Of a stretch of 64,000 nt of DNA, positions 1-13,781 are shown one piece after another. This DNA is from Lingula anatina. Its lineage: Eukaryota > Animalia > Brachiopoda. The stretch is from assembly GCA_051362555.1 (NCBI GenBank), contig CM120649.1, forward strand, positions 19,234,567-19,298,566. Reading direction: 5' to 3'. The notes beneath the pieces were generated by a model that searched no databases, had not been told where the DNA came from, and was given only the letters and a program-made list of their open reading frames with translations. The first letter of the stretch is position 1; each line of letters starts with the position of its first letter. A program made the translations under genes and the position numbers.

Positions 1-1487
1 AAACACTTTATCACATTAAGTAGAAAAGCCTTGCCGCTGTTTCCATGTCTAACCATGTACGTGTACTGTGGCAATCATTATTTAGATATTATTTCTTCAT
101 TTTAAATAACATTTTTTAAAAAAATTATTCTTCATGAAACATTTGGTTATATGAATTTCAAGAGACTTCGAACGTCATAATATGGAAAAGTGGAAATAGC
201 GATGGAATTTTTAACGTTTCCCAATTCTTTCCCAGGTTTTCTGAGATGCCAGGATGACCTGTTAGACGAACACATATCCCTAGGGCCAAGTGGTGCGGAC
301 CTTAATGCATTCGAAACAGTAAGTCTTTATCCTGCGTTCTCAATCAATTTCAACCAAGATTTATTTTCCCGCGCAGCGTTGCTCGATTTCACATATGTCA
401 CCTCAGCTATGGCACTAATGGAACCGCGCCGTTAATCATCCTCGACAGGGGCCCAACTTAAAAAAATATGGCCCGGACCTTTGTTGACTATGTTTGTCCA
501 TTAACTGTTCTTATTTAGGGCCAGGTTTTAAAAAATCTTTCGTAAAACGCGTGTTTAGAATGCTGCCAAATGTTGGCATAGGTCTTATTTCACTAACTGA
601 CACCGCACATCCAGTGAATGATGTGTTTATGGGTCTCCTCTCAGTAGAGAGTGCCCCGGGAGAGAAACCAGAGGAGCAGAAAGTGAGAAAAGGGCGGGAA
701 AGCTCGAGTGAGCTCGCGCTGTCGATTTCACTGCATGTGAGTGTAATTGACAAGCCGATCAGTTTCATTTCTCAGTTGGTCAATGATATCGCTGCGCGGT
801 CTATCCCCAGGCTTATTGCATACGGAGAAATTCGGTCGATAATTCTCTCACGCCGTGCGGAGGTAGTAGCAACAGAGTAAAAGAGAAATATACAAGTATA
901 CAAATATCCACCCGGGACTCCATGCCAGCACACTGAGAGCCCGCAGAAAGAGAAATAATCTCACAGGCTGTCACTGCTACGTGAAATCTACAAGCTGGAC
1001 GAGCTCCAGAATTCTGTGGCAGAGATCGCATTAGTCTGTACGCCGTGGAAAAACACCATTAAGGACATCAAGCATTTTGACACCCGCGGAAGAATATTTT
1101 TTATAAGAAAACGTTTTCTACAATAGGAAAAACAACCGAATACAGCCCTGTGATATTTTGCATGTTTTATTGAACGTCTGAATTGTTAATCAATTATTTT
1201 TATTGATGGTGTAAAGTTTTCATTAATTTTTCCCGCCGGGTAGAATCAACATCTCCCGCGGAGGACGGGGCACTGCCGGCCATACAGTGCGGACAGATGA
1301 TAGCGACCTTAGGGTCAAACCGCACTCTCTGATAGATTTTACAGAGCTTGAGGCATCAAAATTATTTTCTTCTTTATCTGTATTCTTCTTGTACATTTAA
1401 CGGATGAGATCTGCCGTCGCCGCCTATAGAAAAAAATTCACAGGGTTTGAAAATGCAGAGAAGATTTAAACTTTCTTGATTTTTTGA

Positions 1488-1563
1488 TAATAATAATGAC
1501 AACATTATTGTTATTATTATTATTTTTGATGATAATAATAATAACAATAATAATAATAATAAT
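1488..1563. repeat. Imperfect (TAA)n/(TTA)n microsatellite
   Basis: Visible trinucleotide runs. Confidence 0.8.
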
Positions 1564-2920
1564 CTATTCATCTATAATTATGAACATATTTTGGATCCTT
1601 GGTATAGTTACGCACTTTTTAAATTTCCCAAAATAAAAAGTCCGTACATAAGGAACATTTGAGACTGCATTATACATACATCTATTCCTTACTGGGTACC
1701 TTATTTTAATTGATGTCCTTTGACACTCCCATTTGATCTCTTAAAGTTTAATAGACGATATGTTACACTTTTTGTTATTTTTTTGGCTTTGTTAGATGTT
1801 ATTTCACGTAACAAAGGAAGCGGCATTTCCACGAAATATTTATCGGGTAATGAAAAAATAATACCGCATCTATTAACATCCTGATAGCTTCTAGCTTTCT
1901 GTGCGGGGAACAACACCAGTTATAAGCTTAATTAAACCCTAAATTATTTTAAACCCAATTTCACCAAATTATTAAACTAAAACTTTTAAAAAATATTTCA
2001 TTTGTTTAATGACCTTTAATGCAACTGTTAATCTGAGCATTGTTTTAATAACTTTAAGAAAGATTGGTTAAAAAATCATCAATACACGATAACGTGAAAA
2101 AGACAGCAAGGAAACGAGCTATCATTGGCCTAAGCCTCTAACAAGCTGTTTTACAAATAATGATAAAACGTTCATGCGTCTTTATCGTCTATGTTACAAC
2201 AATCGAACTAGGATAGCCCAAAACTCAGCAGGCAGCGAGCTCGGGATATAGGTCAAAGAAACGCAGTGAGATTACGGCCCATATAGCGCATCATCCTGAA
2301 CATTGACTGCGAGTAGAAGAAGATTGAGTCGGGTGCCTCTATCTCCGGCACTATCTTCTCTTCTCCTGCAGCGTTCTAATGAAGCGGTTAAGTGCTCCAC
2401 CTTCAATCCGATCCCTGTTGTCTCTTCGAATCTTCCATACGATCCTAATCCTTGTTGCCTCCTCCGCGCGTGAGATCTAATCCTGCGTAGTGCCCGCAGC
2501 TTTGCCGGGGAAAATGACAAGGTTTGCACGTGAAACTGACATCAGCGTGCCACATTGTGTTATGTGAAATCAACGCCCAAGCACGTGTGTTGTTTGACAT
2601 TTATTATATTTTTTTCAGTGATGGAATTCATCTGTGAATATGACAGATAAACACACGTCAGAAGCGAAATTTTTGGGTGCTTTCAATTTTAGAATCAACC
2701 ATATAAAGATCACAAAATTTTTTCAATAAGAAAAAAATTTAAACAAGAAATAAAATCCAATTTGACTAATTATAAATGCTCATGGTTTCAATTGTGATTT
2801 ATACGTTATTATGTAGAAAAGAGAAACCATAAATACATTTCCGAAAAAAAGAGATATTGGTGTTTTAAAATAAAATTTATCTACAAAAAAATTAAGTTTT
2901 TGCTTTGGACAGCAAAGAGC

Positions 2921-2982
2921 TTATATTCAAATCGTTTACTTTAATTAATTTTACTTTTATATTCAAATCGTTTACTTTAATT
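2921..2982. repeat. 26-bp direct repeat (36-bp period)
   Basis: TTATATTCAAATCGTTTACTTTAATT at 2921 and 2957. Confidence 0.8.
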
Positions 2983-3439
2983 TTAAATCTTTTATTTATT
3001 CACGTTTTTTATAACACTCGTGTGTATTTTTTCTCTTTTATATTTTTTCTGTAAAATTCAGTCAATGAGACTCTGTACACAATATATTGTTATATGAGAA
3101 ATTGAATTAAGTTGATAAATTTTGCACTTGATTAAACTTTAAGATAATACTTACTAAAACAAACAGTAATTGTTGGATTTATATACATGTAGTGAGCGAC
3201 TGATAAAATAAGATTATAAAATTATAATAAAATTTCCAAAATGTTCATTTAATTACCTGAAATTCAACAAGAAATTGAATATTTTTAAAGCGCTCCATCT
3301 CCTATTTATCTAATTGAAAAAAATTATGCTATCGAAGTTGGCTTTCAGTATGTAATTCTTTAAAGTAAACTATACATATTTGCACATTTCACTGCATAAT
3401 AATAAACCATACATCATTAATTTTTCACGCATAACTCTA

Positions 3440-3817
3440 TGTCACCGGCTTAACACGATTATCTTTCCGAAAAATGGGGAAAATTAAGTGTATGTCTTCT
3501 GTAAAGAATGTCAAAGTAAAAATAATCCGTCACAAACAACACATCAATGCGGTAACCAACGACCTCCCTGATAACAATCACGTCAGCGTTGTCATCCGCT
3601 CTTAACTCTACTAAGGGACGTGGCACTTGATTGTCACCTTGCTTGACATCAATCGAACTATCGGCGTCCCTAGATCACAGCCACGATAAACTGAAGTGTC
3701 ATAATTTAATTATAGTGTCATCAAGGTGCCATGTAATGTCAAACAAAGTCAAGTCACTGCCAGATAATTCCCAATAGACGTGTCATACAAGCAAATAGTG
3801 ATCGGAGTGATCTGACA
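3440..3817. promoter_or_regulatory. Candidate upstream enhancer: homotypic TGACA/TGTCA cluster
   Basis: Ten TGTCA/TGACA pentamers, at 3440, 3509, 3590, 3632, 3644, 3697, 3716, 3737, 3781 and 3813. Confidence 0.35.
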
Positions 3818-5269
3818 TTTCAATCTAGAGACTGGGACAAGGGTCCCATAGCTGATCTTTTTAAATCATAATTTTCGACCTTTCGATCGCGGATGTGGAG
3901 AAGAGTACTGCCTGACACGATCTTTGCTCTCCCAATGGCCCCCCTTACTTGCTTGAGATTTTTTTTTCGTCAACCAAGAAGAGGTTGAGGTGTTTAGAAA
4001 AATCCAGCTAGAACTGCTGATGCGTGCGTTAACTTTGATGGGGGAAATGCAAAGCTCCACAACGACAAGGATCGTAGGGTCACCCCTACATTAAGGTTTA
4101 CGTACACGTCCCTGTCAATGTCCCTGATCCGCTCTTTGTCGCGTTTGACTCAATCCCTTCTTTATTCTTCCCCCTTTACCAAGCAGCCCGAGTCTTTAAA
4201 CCCATTGTGCTCAGAAAAATAGTTTTCTCCCTCCGTTTTGGAGAAGTGACAAGTAAGTAAAGTGCAACATAAAGGGACCCATACCTTCCCACGACGAAGT
4301 GAGTTGACGAATACCTCATTATGGCTCTAAATCCCTGCTAAAGGACCTTTGTGAAGGTATTTCGCTTTGCCGTAACCTAATGAGCCGAGGGGGAGTCGTA
4401 AAGAGGGGGCTAAACGGTAAGACTCAGGGCAGCCCAAATCGACTTGAACATCACGGTAAACGGAGCACTTCAGGCATTTCTGACGACAACACTCCAAGGT
4501 TAAAAAATCGGAGCCATTTTAATCCCTTCTCTGTATAGAAGTGATTGTTATAAAAAGAATTTGACGTACTCGCGACTCGCAAATCCCTCTCATTTTCTTT
4601 ATCACGTACAACAAAAGTGCTTTTGCCTTGTCAAATCTTTTTTTTACTAGCTGATTGTATTGTAGGTACAATTTTCTCAAGGTGAATTCTTGAGAAATAA
4701 TATCCGTATAATTAAGCGGGTCGAATTTTGTTATTATATTTTAAAGTATGTTATCCAGTTTAACTTGTACAGCCCATACAGATTCTCAATCTTCGCATTG
4801 TTTTTAAAAACACTACTCAAACCCCCTCGTTGATTACATTATTTCAGAAAGCTACAATTAAAGACAGCCAACAACTACAGATAAATCTTCCTGAATTTCC
4901 CGAATCGCAATTTGCGGTCGCGAGCTTTACACTGGAGAAAAAAAGAGGAATTTCAATTTAAATGCCTCAAATTGAATTGAATTTGATGGGGTATAGCTAA
5001 GCACGCTTACGCTACATAGTGCAGTGCAGCTCGGATCTGATCAAGTGACACCTCTCATTAAGATGCCAAACTCTAGCCAACAATTACAACACCCTGCTGT
5101 AACGGTCAATTGAGCACGAGGTTCTTTAACTGTTAAAGATGTGCATTATCCCTTTAGGGCAACGCTCATCGTGGCAGATCAAGATAACCATCTCTAAAAC
5201 TGACTCCGCGATAGCCATGTTTGAAAATAAAGAGTTAACTACCACATCTTAAAACAACTAAAAGTGACG

Positions 5270-5549
5270 GGGGCTTGACAGCGGGCTTCCCCTGCTTTGA
5301 CACTTCGGGATTAATGTCCAGTCCACGCATGCGCACAGCGGACGGTTCTCGCCTGTGTGTTTAGATGATCGCCTAGGTGTCAATCACTTGGTTAACAGCC
5401 AATGAGAGCACAGGAGTTGAGTGTCTTTCTGCTTTTAGCATGCTGAGTGAGTAATATGGCATAGTGCGTGTTGACTTGGTAGTCCGCTCTCTCATTGCGC
5501 TCCCTGCTGCTCCGGTTTCTATTCGTAACTCGGATCGACTGCTGAGAGT
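5270..5549 (+). promoter_or_regulatory. Putative Zic proximal promoter / 5' UTR
   Basis: GC-richer stretch immediately upstream of the ATG, with an NRF1-like ACGCATGCGCA (about 5325-5335) and a CCAAT box (AGCCAATGA, about 5397-5405). The TSS cannot be determined from sequence alone. Confidence 0.45.
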
Positions 5550-6684
5550 ATGACAGAGTCTCTAGCGGTTCATATTATGGACCACAGTTTGGGGAAAGGC
5601 AATCCGAGTTTGAGACTGCTGGATGTTCACAACCTGCACAACAGTCCCTCTGCTTCCTCTCAGCCTCCACACCAGCTCTCGCCATTGAATGGCACGGTGT
5701 TCACAGCACCTGTTGGGAAGTCAGAAACGCAAGCCGACATGTTAAACCCGTTCATGGAGAGCGCCCATACGGCGGCACACCACTTACCCCCAGGGGCACT
5801 TAAACTCAGTCCGCCGCACCCGATGTCGGAGCACGCCGCCGCAGGGGGGCAGGGGAACCCCCACTCGCACCAGTTTGGTGCCCAGAGCAACGGGTACGGC
5901 GTTCCCCACTCGCACGCCGCGCACCAACTAGGGAGCTACGCCGCCAGGGATTTCCTGCTCCGTAGGGAACACATGCCCACGTTAAGTCACGACCCCAACC
6001 CGGCGGGCCACCCCAGCATGTTCGCACCCTCCACCGGGGGGTTACACGCACCCCACCACTCGGAGCCGGCGTCCAGCCACGTGCTTTTTCCAGGACTTCA
6101 CGATTCCGGGAGTGTTAACGGCCAGGTGAGGCTAAGCATCCCCGGGGCGGACATGGGCTACCCCAGGATGGACCAGTTCGGCCAAATGCCCCCGATGACC
6201 AGCCCCCGGGGACAAGACCACTTCAACCAACACCTCAACATGAACATGAATATGAATCATATGAACATGAACCCCATGGGGATGAACCCTCACATGAATC
6301 ACATGAATCATATGAACATGGGCCCCCACGGCCCTGGGGCGTTTTTCCGTTACATGCGGCACCCGATCAAGCAGGAGCACACATGTATGTGGCTAGACAA
6401 GGACCAGCCGGAACCCAAGAAACCCTGTAACAAAACTTTTACCACGATGCACGAGATCGTTACCCATATAACCGTGGAACACGTTGGAGGACCTGAACAG
6501 ACGGATCACGCCTGTTACTGGCAGAACTGCGCCAGGGATGGCAAACCTTTCAAAGCCAAGTATAAACTTGTGAATCACATCCGCGTCCACACTGGAGAGA
6601 AACCGTTCCCTTGTCCCTTCCCAGGCTGTGGGAAAGTATTCGCCCGGAGTGAGAATCTGAAAATTCACAAACGAACACATACAG
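5550..6684 (+). CDS. Zic: Zic/odd-paired family C2H2 zinc-finger transcription factor, coding exon 1 (N-terminal conserved motifs, ZOC, ZF-NC, ZF1-ZF3)
   Basis: ORF from ATG 5550 contains ZOC-like [30 protein letters not shown] and fingers [50 protein letters not shown] and [23 protein letters not shown]. The donor ACAG|GTGAGA is at 6684/6685 (phase 1), so the ORF-track tail ETLVII... is intronic. Confidence 0.97.
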
Positions 6685-9600
6685 GTGAGACCCTAGTTAT
6701 CATTGAATGGCTTATATTTTCCTCGCTTTTAACTTTTTTTAAGATTTTAAAGGCGCAAACAAGGTACTTCAATTGATCGCGATTTTGTTGGCATATTTCA
6801 CTTGAAATAAAATCTTAATGTGTTACTATTTGATAGGTGAAATTAAAACGTAAAACAAAATAATAAAAATCTATTTTCACGCTCAAAAAAATAACGCGCA
6901 ACCACAGTAAAAAATGTATGTTTCTTGTATGTTTAGACATTAGTCACCTAGACATTGTTTTAGTTGCAAAATCCAACCATAGTAGGGAAAATACAATTTG
7001 AATATGCTAGGAGGAAGACAGTCGTACACAGCTAAATTTATCAACAATTCAATTTCGAAATTTTCTATTTTTTATTCAATACATTAAACCCTGTAAAAGC
7101 ACCCATTTTTTCCTTTTTTCTAAATTTTCCTTGATTTGTGATTACACAAAATTAAAAGCAAAAATATTTTTTACACATTAAATTTTGTTAAAAGTACGGC
7201 TGTTTGATATCTGACTATAACGAGTTGTTATTTGCTACATTTTACACTAACCCAACAGTGCCAAATAATTTCCATTTTCCACCATTAATAACAGCAAACA
7301 ATTCCCAAAAGTAATCGCTAAAAGTGAACTAAATTTGAGCCGTGAGATCTATCGAAGATAAGGACCGGAAGATCAGTTTATTTATTTATCTAGAGCAAGT
7401 CAACCGATCACAATTTCGTCTAATAAGCAATTTGTGGTCGAGGCAAGCAAGGTAAATAAAGCAAAACATGCCACGGATTATTCCGTGTATTTAAATCTGA
7501 CGGCAGGATAAGCTACAGCTTGGGCGAATTGTGAACATTTTCTCAGATCACATTTCTGCATAGTTTTCACTTGATATGATCATGGATAATACTGACGATA
7601 AATATTTAATAGAAACTTGTAAGTGCTACAGTAAAAACCAGACTAAGTGGGAAGTAAACGTCAGGTATATTTTCAGACTGGACAAAAATATTACAAAAAA
7701 TATTACAAAACTAAGCCAACCCCAAAATATGTTTTAGAGATTTATTTTAAAAGTTCTGACTTCTGGGTGGCTCTGAGTTCCACCGCTCTTGGCTACAGGT
7801 ATCACGGGCAGTAAATATTCCTACGATCTCATTGTCTCAGAGGGAATCTGAAGTTTTTGACTTTGGCCCACCACGCTAGCGGTGCGTTCCTACACGGACT
7901 GTGACATGTTCTTGCTCATCTTCTTACGGCGTTCTTCTCGCCTCAGCAGCATCTGTCAGTCGCGCAGTTGTTGTTCCCTCTGAGTTCTGACGAAAGTTAG
8001 GTCCGACAACTGCTAAATAATCCTCCGCTTGAATGCATGGGATTCCATCATGGCGTCGTTGTAGAAGTTCACGGGCTATTTTTATTTGGGACAAATTTCT
8101 GCCATGTTACTTCCACCTTGGATAAGCAGCGGTGCTAGGCCAAGAAAAAATGAGATAAAATAGGTTGTTGTTTTTTTTTACATTTTGATATCCACTCTCA
8201 TAATGAAGAAATAAATATCCTTATCATCAGTTTTTCTTACATTGGACAATTTTTGTCGTGAACTTGAAAGTTGACATAATTTTCGTGACAGACGACTTTA
8301 AGTTGGCATATGTCTATTTTAACAAGTCCTTTTATTTACCGCACTAAAACTACGGCACAGCTATCACTTTCTTTGATATTTTACAGTTGAATTGGCACTG
8401 AAGTACCAGGGGTACAAATCCGCTGATAGGAAGTTCATTGATATTTTCTCTCATTCATTGTGGCAGTTCTGTGAAGTGTTGTGAGCGTGTTTAGCACGCT
8501 TCCGCGCTGATGAAATAGTTAAGTCTTGTGGTGTTCACAACTTTGCCGAATATTAATAGCGTCTCGGAAATTCTTGGTTCATTTATATAGCAAAGTTATC
8601 ATATGTATGCTGCCAAAAGCACACATCAGCGTTTTTATCCGAGGATATCATTGCCTATGATCCTCTCATTAGAACCTATTTGATTTAATTTGATTTGGGC
8701 GGTAAGACTACGTCCCCGGAGAGAGATACAAACCTCTTCAACAATCAATTAGAAGGATTACAAGACTAAGGCAAACATGTCTTCGATATTTAGAGCCTTC
8801 TCAACTTTTCACCTGCGGCTGCAGTAATGTAACCATTAAGCAGCGGATTATTATTTATTAAACGGGAAATCCTTATTACCGCCTATGAACAGTATCGAAA
8901 TTGTTCAGTCCGCGTAGAAGGGTTATTAGTCTCTAATCCCCAAATTCCTTGTCACTTAACTAGAATAAGGGCAGCGTTCTTACATTACGCAACGGGGGAT
9001 CGGAACAAATTAAACAGGAAATTCGTTGTCGTAAATTCGGCCCTGTATCCTTTAGTTTTATATTGATGGGTGTTTTGGGAGGAATAGAAGTTTTGGAAAG
9101 GGATAGGGTGATGATATGCTTCGAATACAAAACTAAAATTTCTGTGAGAAAAGTAGTAATTCGGTGTCCTTTCGATAATATTCTCAGCCGGGATACTTCG
9201 AGAATTATTTTTACAATTCTCAAACACGAAAAATGATTGTTTCTAAGCGATCGGCGTAAGAATTAAGGAGGGGCGAACTTGTAGAGTTGTTTGTATGCTT
9301 GCATCTTCCTAATATTCATCAATTTTCTACAGTGCATTATTCTTTAAGAGCGATTGACATATATATAGAGAGCACGATATTGTCGAAAAATACAATATTA
9401 CATCCCTTCCATGCAGTGTTTAATACAGTAGTCGTAAATAATACCATTTCTGTCGTTTCCTTCTATTGCTGTGCTTTTTTAAGTTCTCAGTGCTCAAAAA
9501 CACTGATTTATAATTTTCTAATTAAAATCATTACAGTATCTGTGTTAAGGTGAATTCCCCATTAACAACTTCAAAGTTGTGAAGTGTGTTACAGCGGAAG

Positions 9601-12600
9601 AGGAATATGTCTAACAATTTATGATACCAATTAAAAGTTTCTCTAGCCTTTGTCCGACCCACAGAAGAGGCGAGATAATTTATTCAGTTTCCAGGTATAA
9701 TTTAACCGAAGAAAATAGAAAAACACGTGGGTGTTATAAACACCCAACATCAAAGTACATGAGTATACGAGTTGAGGGACAGAACTCCAGATATTTATTA
9801 CACTATGTCGGTCAGAGCCCAACGAATTCCCTCGTCTCTCTTCCAATTAAATGATTCTGATATTAATTTATGTGGTTTCTTAAGACCCTTACGTGACTTC
9901 CCTCTCATTATTCGATTATCTGTATTTCTGCTGAGTGGTCTTGAACTGTCTTAAGACTGTTATTACATTAATTTAATGGCTAATTATTACTCAGATTCAT
10001 TTTGTCTCTGCAATGGAGCGAGGTTGTTTCTTCCTGCAAGGAGTGGGTACGACTACCAGTTACAGTAACTGGTGTGATGTTAACCACTTATATGTGGATG
10101 TAATCGTACAATCAGATTACAGGTGATTGGTACCAGGGCCTCTTTTCTACGTGTTTCACTTGATACTGTCTATTGTGTTACAAAATACGTTTACTTTGAA
10201 ATGTCTTTGACTTCATATAAAAAAGCATTTACTGGCAGTGCTTTATGTGTGACGCGGAATGACTTCTAATGCAGAGGTAACGTCAGAGTTTTTAAGGAGT
10301 TTGAAGCATTGAAAATTATTATCTAAACTTTCTGTAAATAAGGAAAATATGAGACACACTTGTGAAGCGAGGAGATTCTCAAAGCAGTAGGTGAGTGGCA
10401 ATGGCACGGGCACCAGGCCGCCATTGACATAGCGGTGAACAGGGGTTTTGTATAGACCAATGGAAAAATGAAATCGGCAAATATTGTTAGGCCCTTAAAT
10501 GAGTAAATATGTCTGTTATGGATTGCACATGTAGAAAGAGAATTTGTATGTGCTACAAATGGACTTGGTCTTGCTTGTTAAAACCAATTAAAATGCTTGA
10601 TATATTCAACGTGGTCTTTAATATAATGACCAAAACGCCGCAGTAGCTGGAGAGGTCGGGAAAAACGCACCGAGAAGCCAGAGCGTGGGGTGAAAGCCCA
10701 TTACATTTCGGATCATTGTTCTTAACACATACTTTTATAAATGTTTGCGATTACCCACTGTTTAAACCGTGTTCGCTCAGCTGTTGGTTGACTTGATGAC
10801 TTTACCAGGCGCGGGCTGGGGCAGTAGCAGCGGTCCAAGCACTCGCTGGCTTACACCCCGACATAATAAACCCTATATTTCTCAGTCCGCAGTGAAACCA
10901 ATAGATTGACAGCAGTGGTAAAATAACAAGCGGTAGCACCAACGATTTATTTCCCTCGAATTAAATTTATAGCTTCAACTCTGTTCTACTAAATAGCTTG
11001 GTGTCTTTAAAATCACTCAGCGAGGCGATTAAGACGCCGAATTCGGCAACCTGTTTCTCTGGAGTAAGAAGTTCGTCGTTGTTGTTCGGGAAGGGAGGAG
11101 GGGGTATGGCCGAGTTGTTAAATGGTGGAATTTTCTGGCCGATTTTGAGGAGTTGTCTTGAAAACGGTTGTCCGCCTGCAGAAGTAGCTCTATCCACATG
11201 GGAAAGATTAAGGCGCTTTTGGTTAAACAAGCGGAAAATCTTCGCGCTGTCAACTCTATTTAGGAAGCATTCGCATAATATTTTGATTATCACTCACTCG
11301 TAAACGGGGGCACGAAAACCCGGCGCATCCGCCCGTAATCGCGCGTTTCCGCCTCTCTCTGGCATCCTCTCCCGTTCTTCTGTTCCTCAGGGTGACGGGC
11401 ACTGAACACTTGCCCCCCTCCTAGAACGCTTACAAGCCTAACCTGGCAGCTTGTTCCAGCCTGGCGTTATTCTGGGAGATTAAACAGCTTAAATAAACAC
11501 TAGAAGGGGGAATGGGAGAAAATTGCAAAAACAACAATTCTATTCGAAGCAGTCTGGAGCGAACAAAGAAAGTAGAGATTCAGATAAGAAGCGGAAGAGG
11601 CATACTAAACCGCTAAGTCCTATCTCCCAAGCGTTCTTACTAGAAAAATCAACATGCCATTGCGATTAATTATTGTTATTTTCCGATTCGACAGTTTCAA
11701 TGGCTATGATACCCTGTTTTCAAAATGACCCCGCTGTTTTGCGCTAAAACAGAGATGATAATGATGGCGATAATAAAGTTAGCTTGGGTAATAAACTTAA
11801 AGAGTTGTTTCTAACGTTTTTAGCCAAGAGAAAGTGTCGTTTGAAAATGTAATATTTTAATTTGTACACACAATTCATTTCTTTGTATTGAATAATAACA
11901 TAAAATGTAAGTTTTAATCTGAATTATAAAATTGAGCACATTTGTCATTACGGCATTACATAAATGTCATTACATTTTTAAAATTATACCTCAACGTTTT
12001 TATACGTTAAGCAAACAATAAGACAATCAGAAATTTAACCAGTAAATCAACGTATTACCATGACACCAATTTCGCCAATTTGAAAACAAACTCAGACGAT
12101 TTTAAAAAATATTAGTCCACGAAAAAAATTTGCCTAGGGCTTGGTATCCCCTTACTTTGTAGGTCAGTCGCCCCCGAAATTTCCCTTAAGCGGTCTCGGA
12201 CCATTCTCATGCAAATGTTGACGGGAAATAAATAAAGCCCGAACGCCTCTCGCCCTGACATTTCAATTAACTATTAATTTGGCGCGGAGCTATCAAAAGA
12301 AGGACTAATTTCAGTCATAGGGTATCCCTTATCTCGCTTGTAGTAATTTTTCAACCTCGCTCTCCAACATGCAGCTCTGCAGCTTCAGGTGTGAAAAGTA
12401 CGGTTTCTATTGCTATTTGCTATTGTGGAATGGACATTCTTCCCTCTGTCGGCGTCGTCTTTGTTCTCGGCTCTGGGACGCAGGAGTTTGACACTGCCAA
12501 CACACCTTTTTTGTGTGTGCAGACGACATTGGAAATATTTTTCAATATGTTGGGGTCTTATGATACTGCCGGGTCTTTTTTGTCTATCTCTTTTTGTATG

Positions 12601-13745
12601 GAGACCACATCAATATATTTCTCATATTGTTTAAGTCGAAAAGCTACTTATTGTGAGGTATTTTTCTATCTTACTTTAAAAAAAGAGATAACTTAGGAAA
12701 TACCATTGTTCATTTCTACATTTAATTTTATCAATGCTCCAAGTTCTGTTAAGTTTCTTATTTTTGTATTGAGGCGCCTTTGAAAATGCCCCTCTTCCTT
12801 AAGTTAATTGTCCCGATTTTTTTCTCAACTTGCTCGATTCATGTGAGAAAGACTCTGAAATGAACTCGTCATTTTGTATCTCGTTATTTACTAATTATTT
12901 TCCAAATCCTACTTGTTTGTTACAGGCACTGGTTTGGAAGTGTCCCTAAAATATGTCATGTAATTTATTCCATTTTTGTATTAGATAATTAGTTTTGGAA
13001 CATTATACAGAAGCGTTCAAAGTCATTATAACGCTGATAACAATATCTGCAATGGAGTAATATAGTTGTTCTAAGATCTACCACACGTAATGCGATCTGC
13101 CGGGGACGTTCATATCAAAATAGTGAGTCATAAAAAAGTGGTGGGAGAATCAGCTCGGAGTTTTGTTTAGTGTGGGCTATAGGATTGAATGAGCTGACAA
13201 AACATTGCTATTAGATCTCAGTCTTGGTACTTGGTGGTCGGTTTTTCTTTTAAACAAACTTGTCAGTGTATTCACAGGCAAATATAGCTAATATTTTGCC
13301 AAAAACGCTCAATGAAGCTCTGATCATTGCCCGAGGACTTTGCGTGTCCTTCATAAAGTGTCATGAGTACGTGGAGGCATTTTATCAAAATCAACGAGCA
13401 TCGGTGTCTAACCATCAAAGAAATAAATATCGAACAAGGTAACTTTAACAAGCATGAGAGAAGAAACGAGCTTCTATATTGTATTGTATAATAAATTTAT
13501 CAGTGTCGAACCTTGTAGCGTTATCTTCGGGATAATATGACGGTGGTATTGTGTGTGCGTGAGACAGGAACATCCATCACTAGGGATCCCAGCTTTAGAT
13601 TACACCGGGGGCAGGTCGGGGAGGCTTGTTCACCGCGAGTTCGACACGTGCACTGAGTGTCATAGCGGACCGCTGCTGTAATGAGATGTACGGAGACACC
13701 GAATGGGAAACTCTGAAGGGGGGGGTCTGTGCTTAGGATGTAAAA

Positions 13746-13781
<36 letters not shown>

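Noticed and set aside
5660-6680. Several minus-strand ORFs overlapping Zic exon 1 (and 20382-20732 over exon 2)
   Set aside because: Antisense shadows of GC-rich coding sequence with no recognisable domains.
6685-6776. C-terminal extension ETLVIIEWL... of the 408-aa ORF
   Set aside because: Read-through into the intron past a strong donor; the true frame continues at 20181.
10967-11303. Three overlapping ORFs of about 75-108 aa in the Zic intron
   Set aside because: No domain similarity or splice context; more likely a GC-richer regulatory patch.
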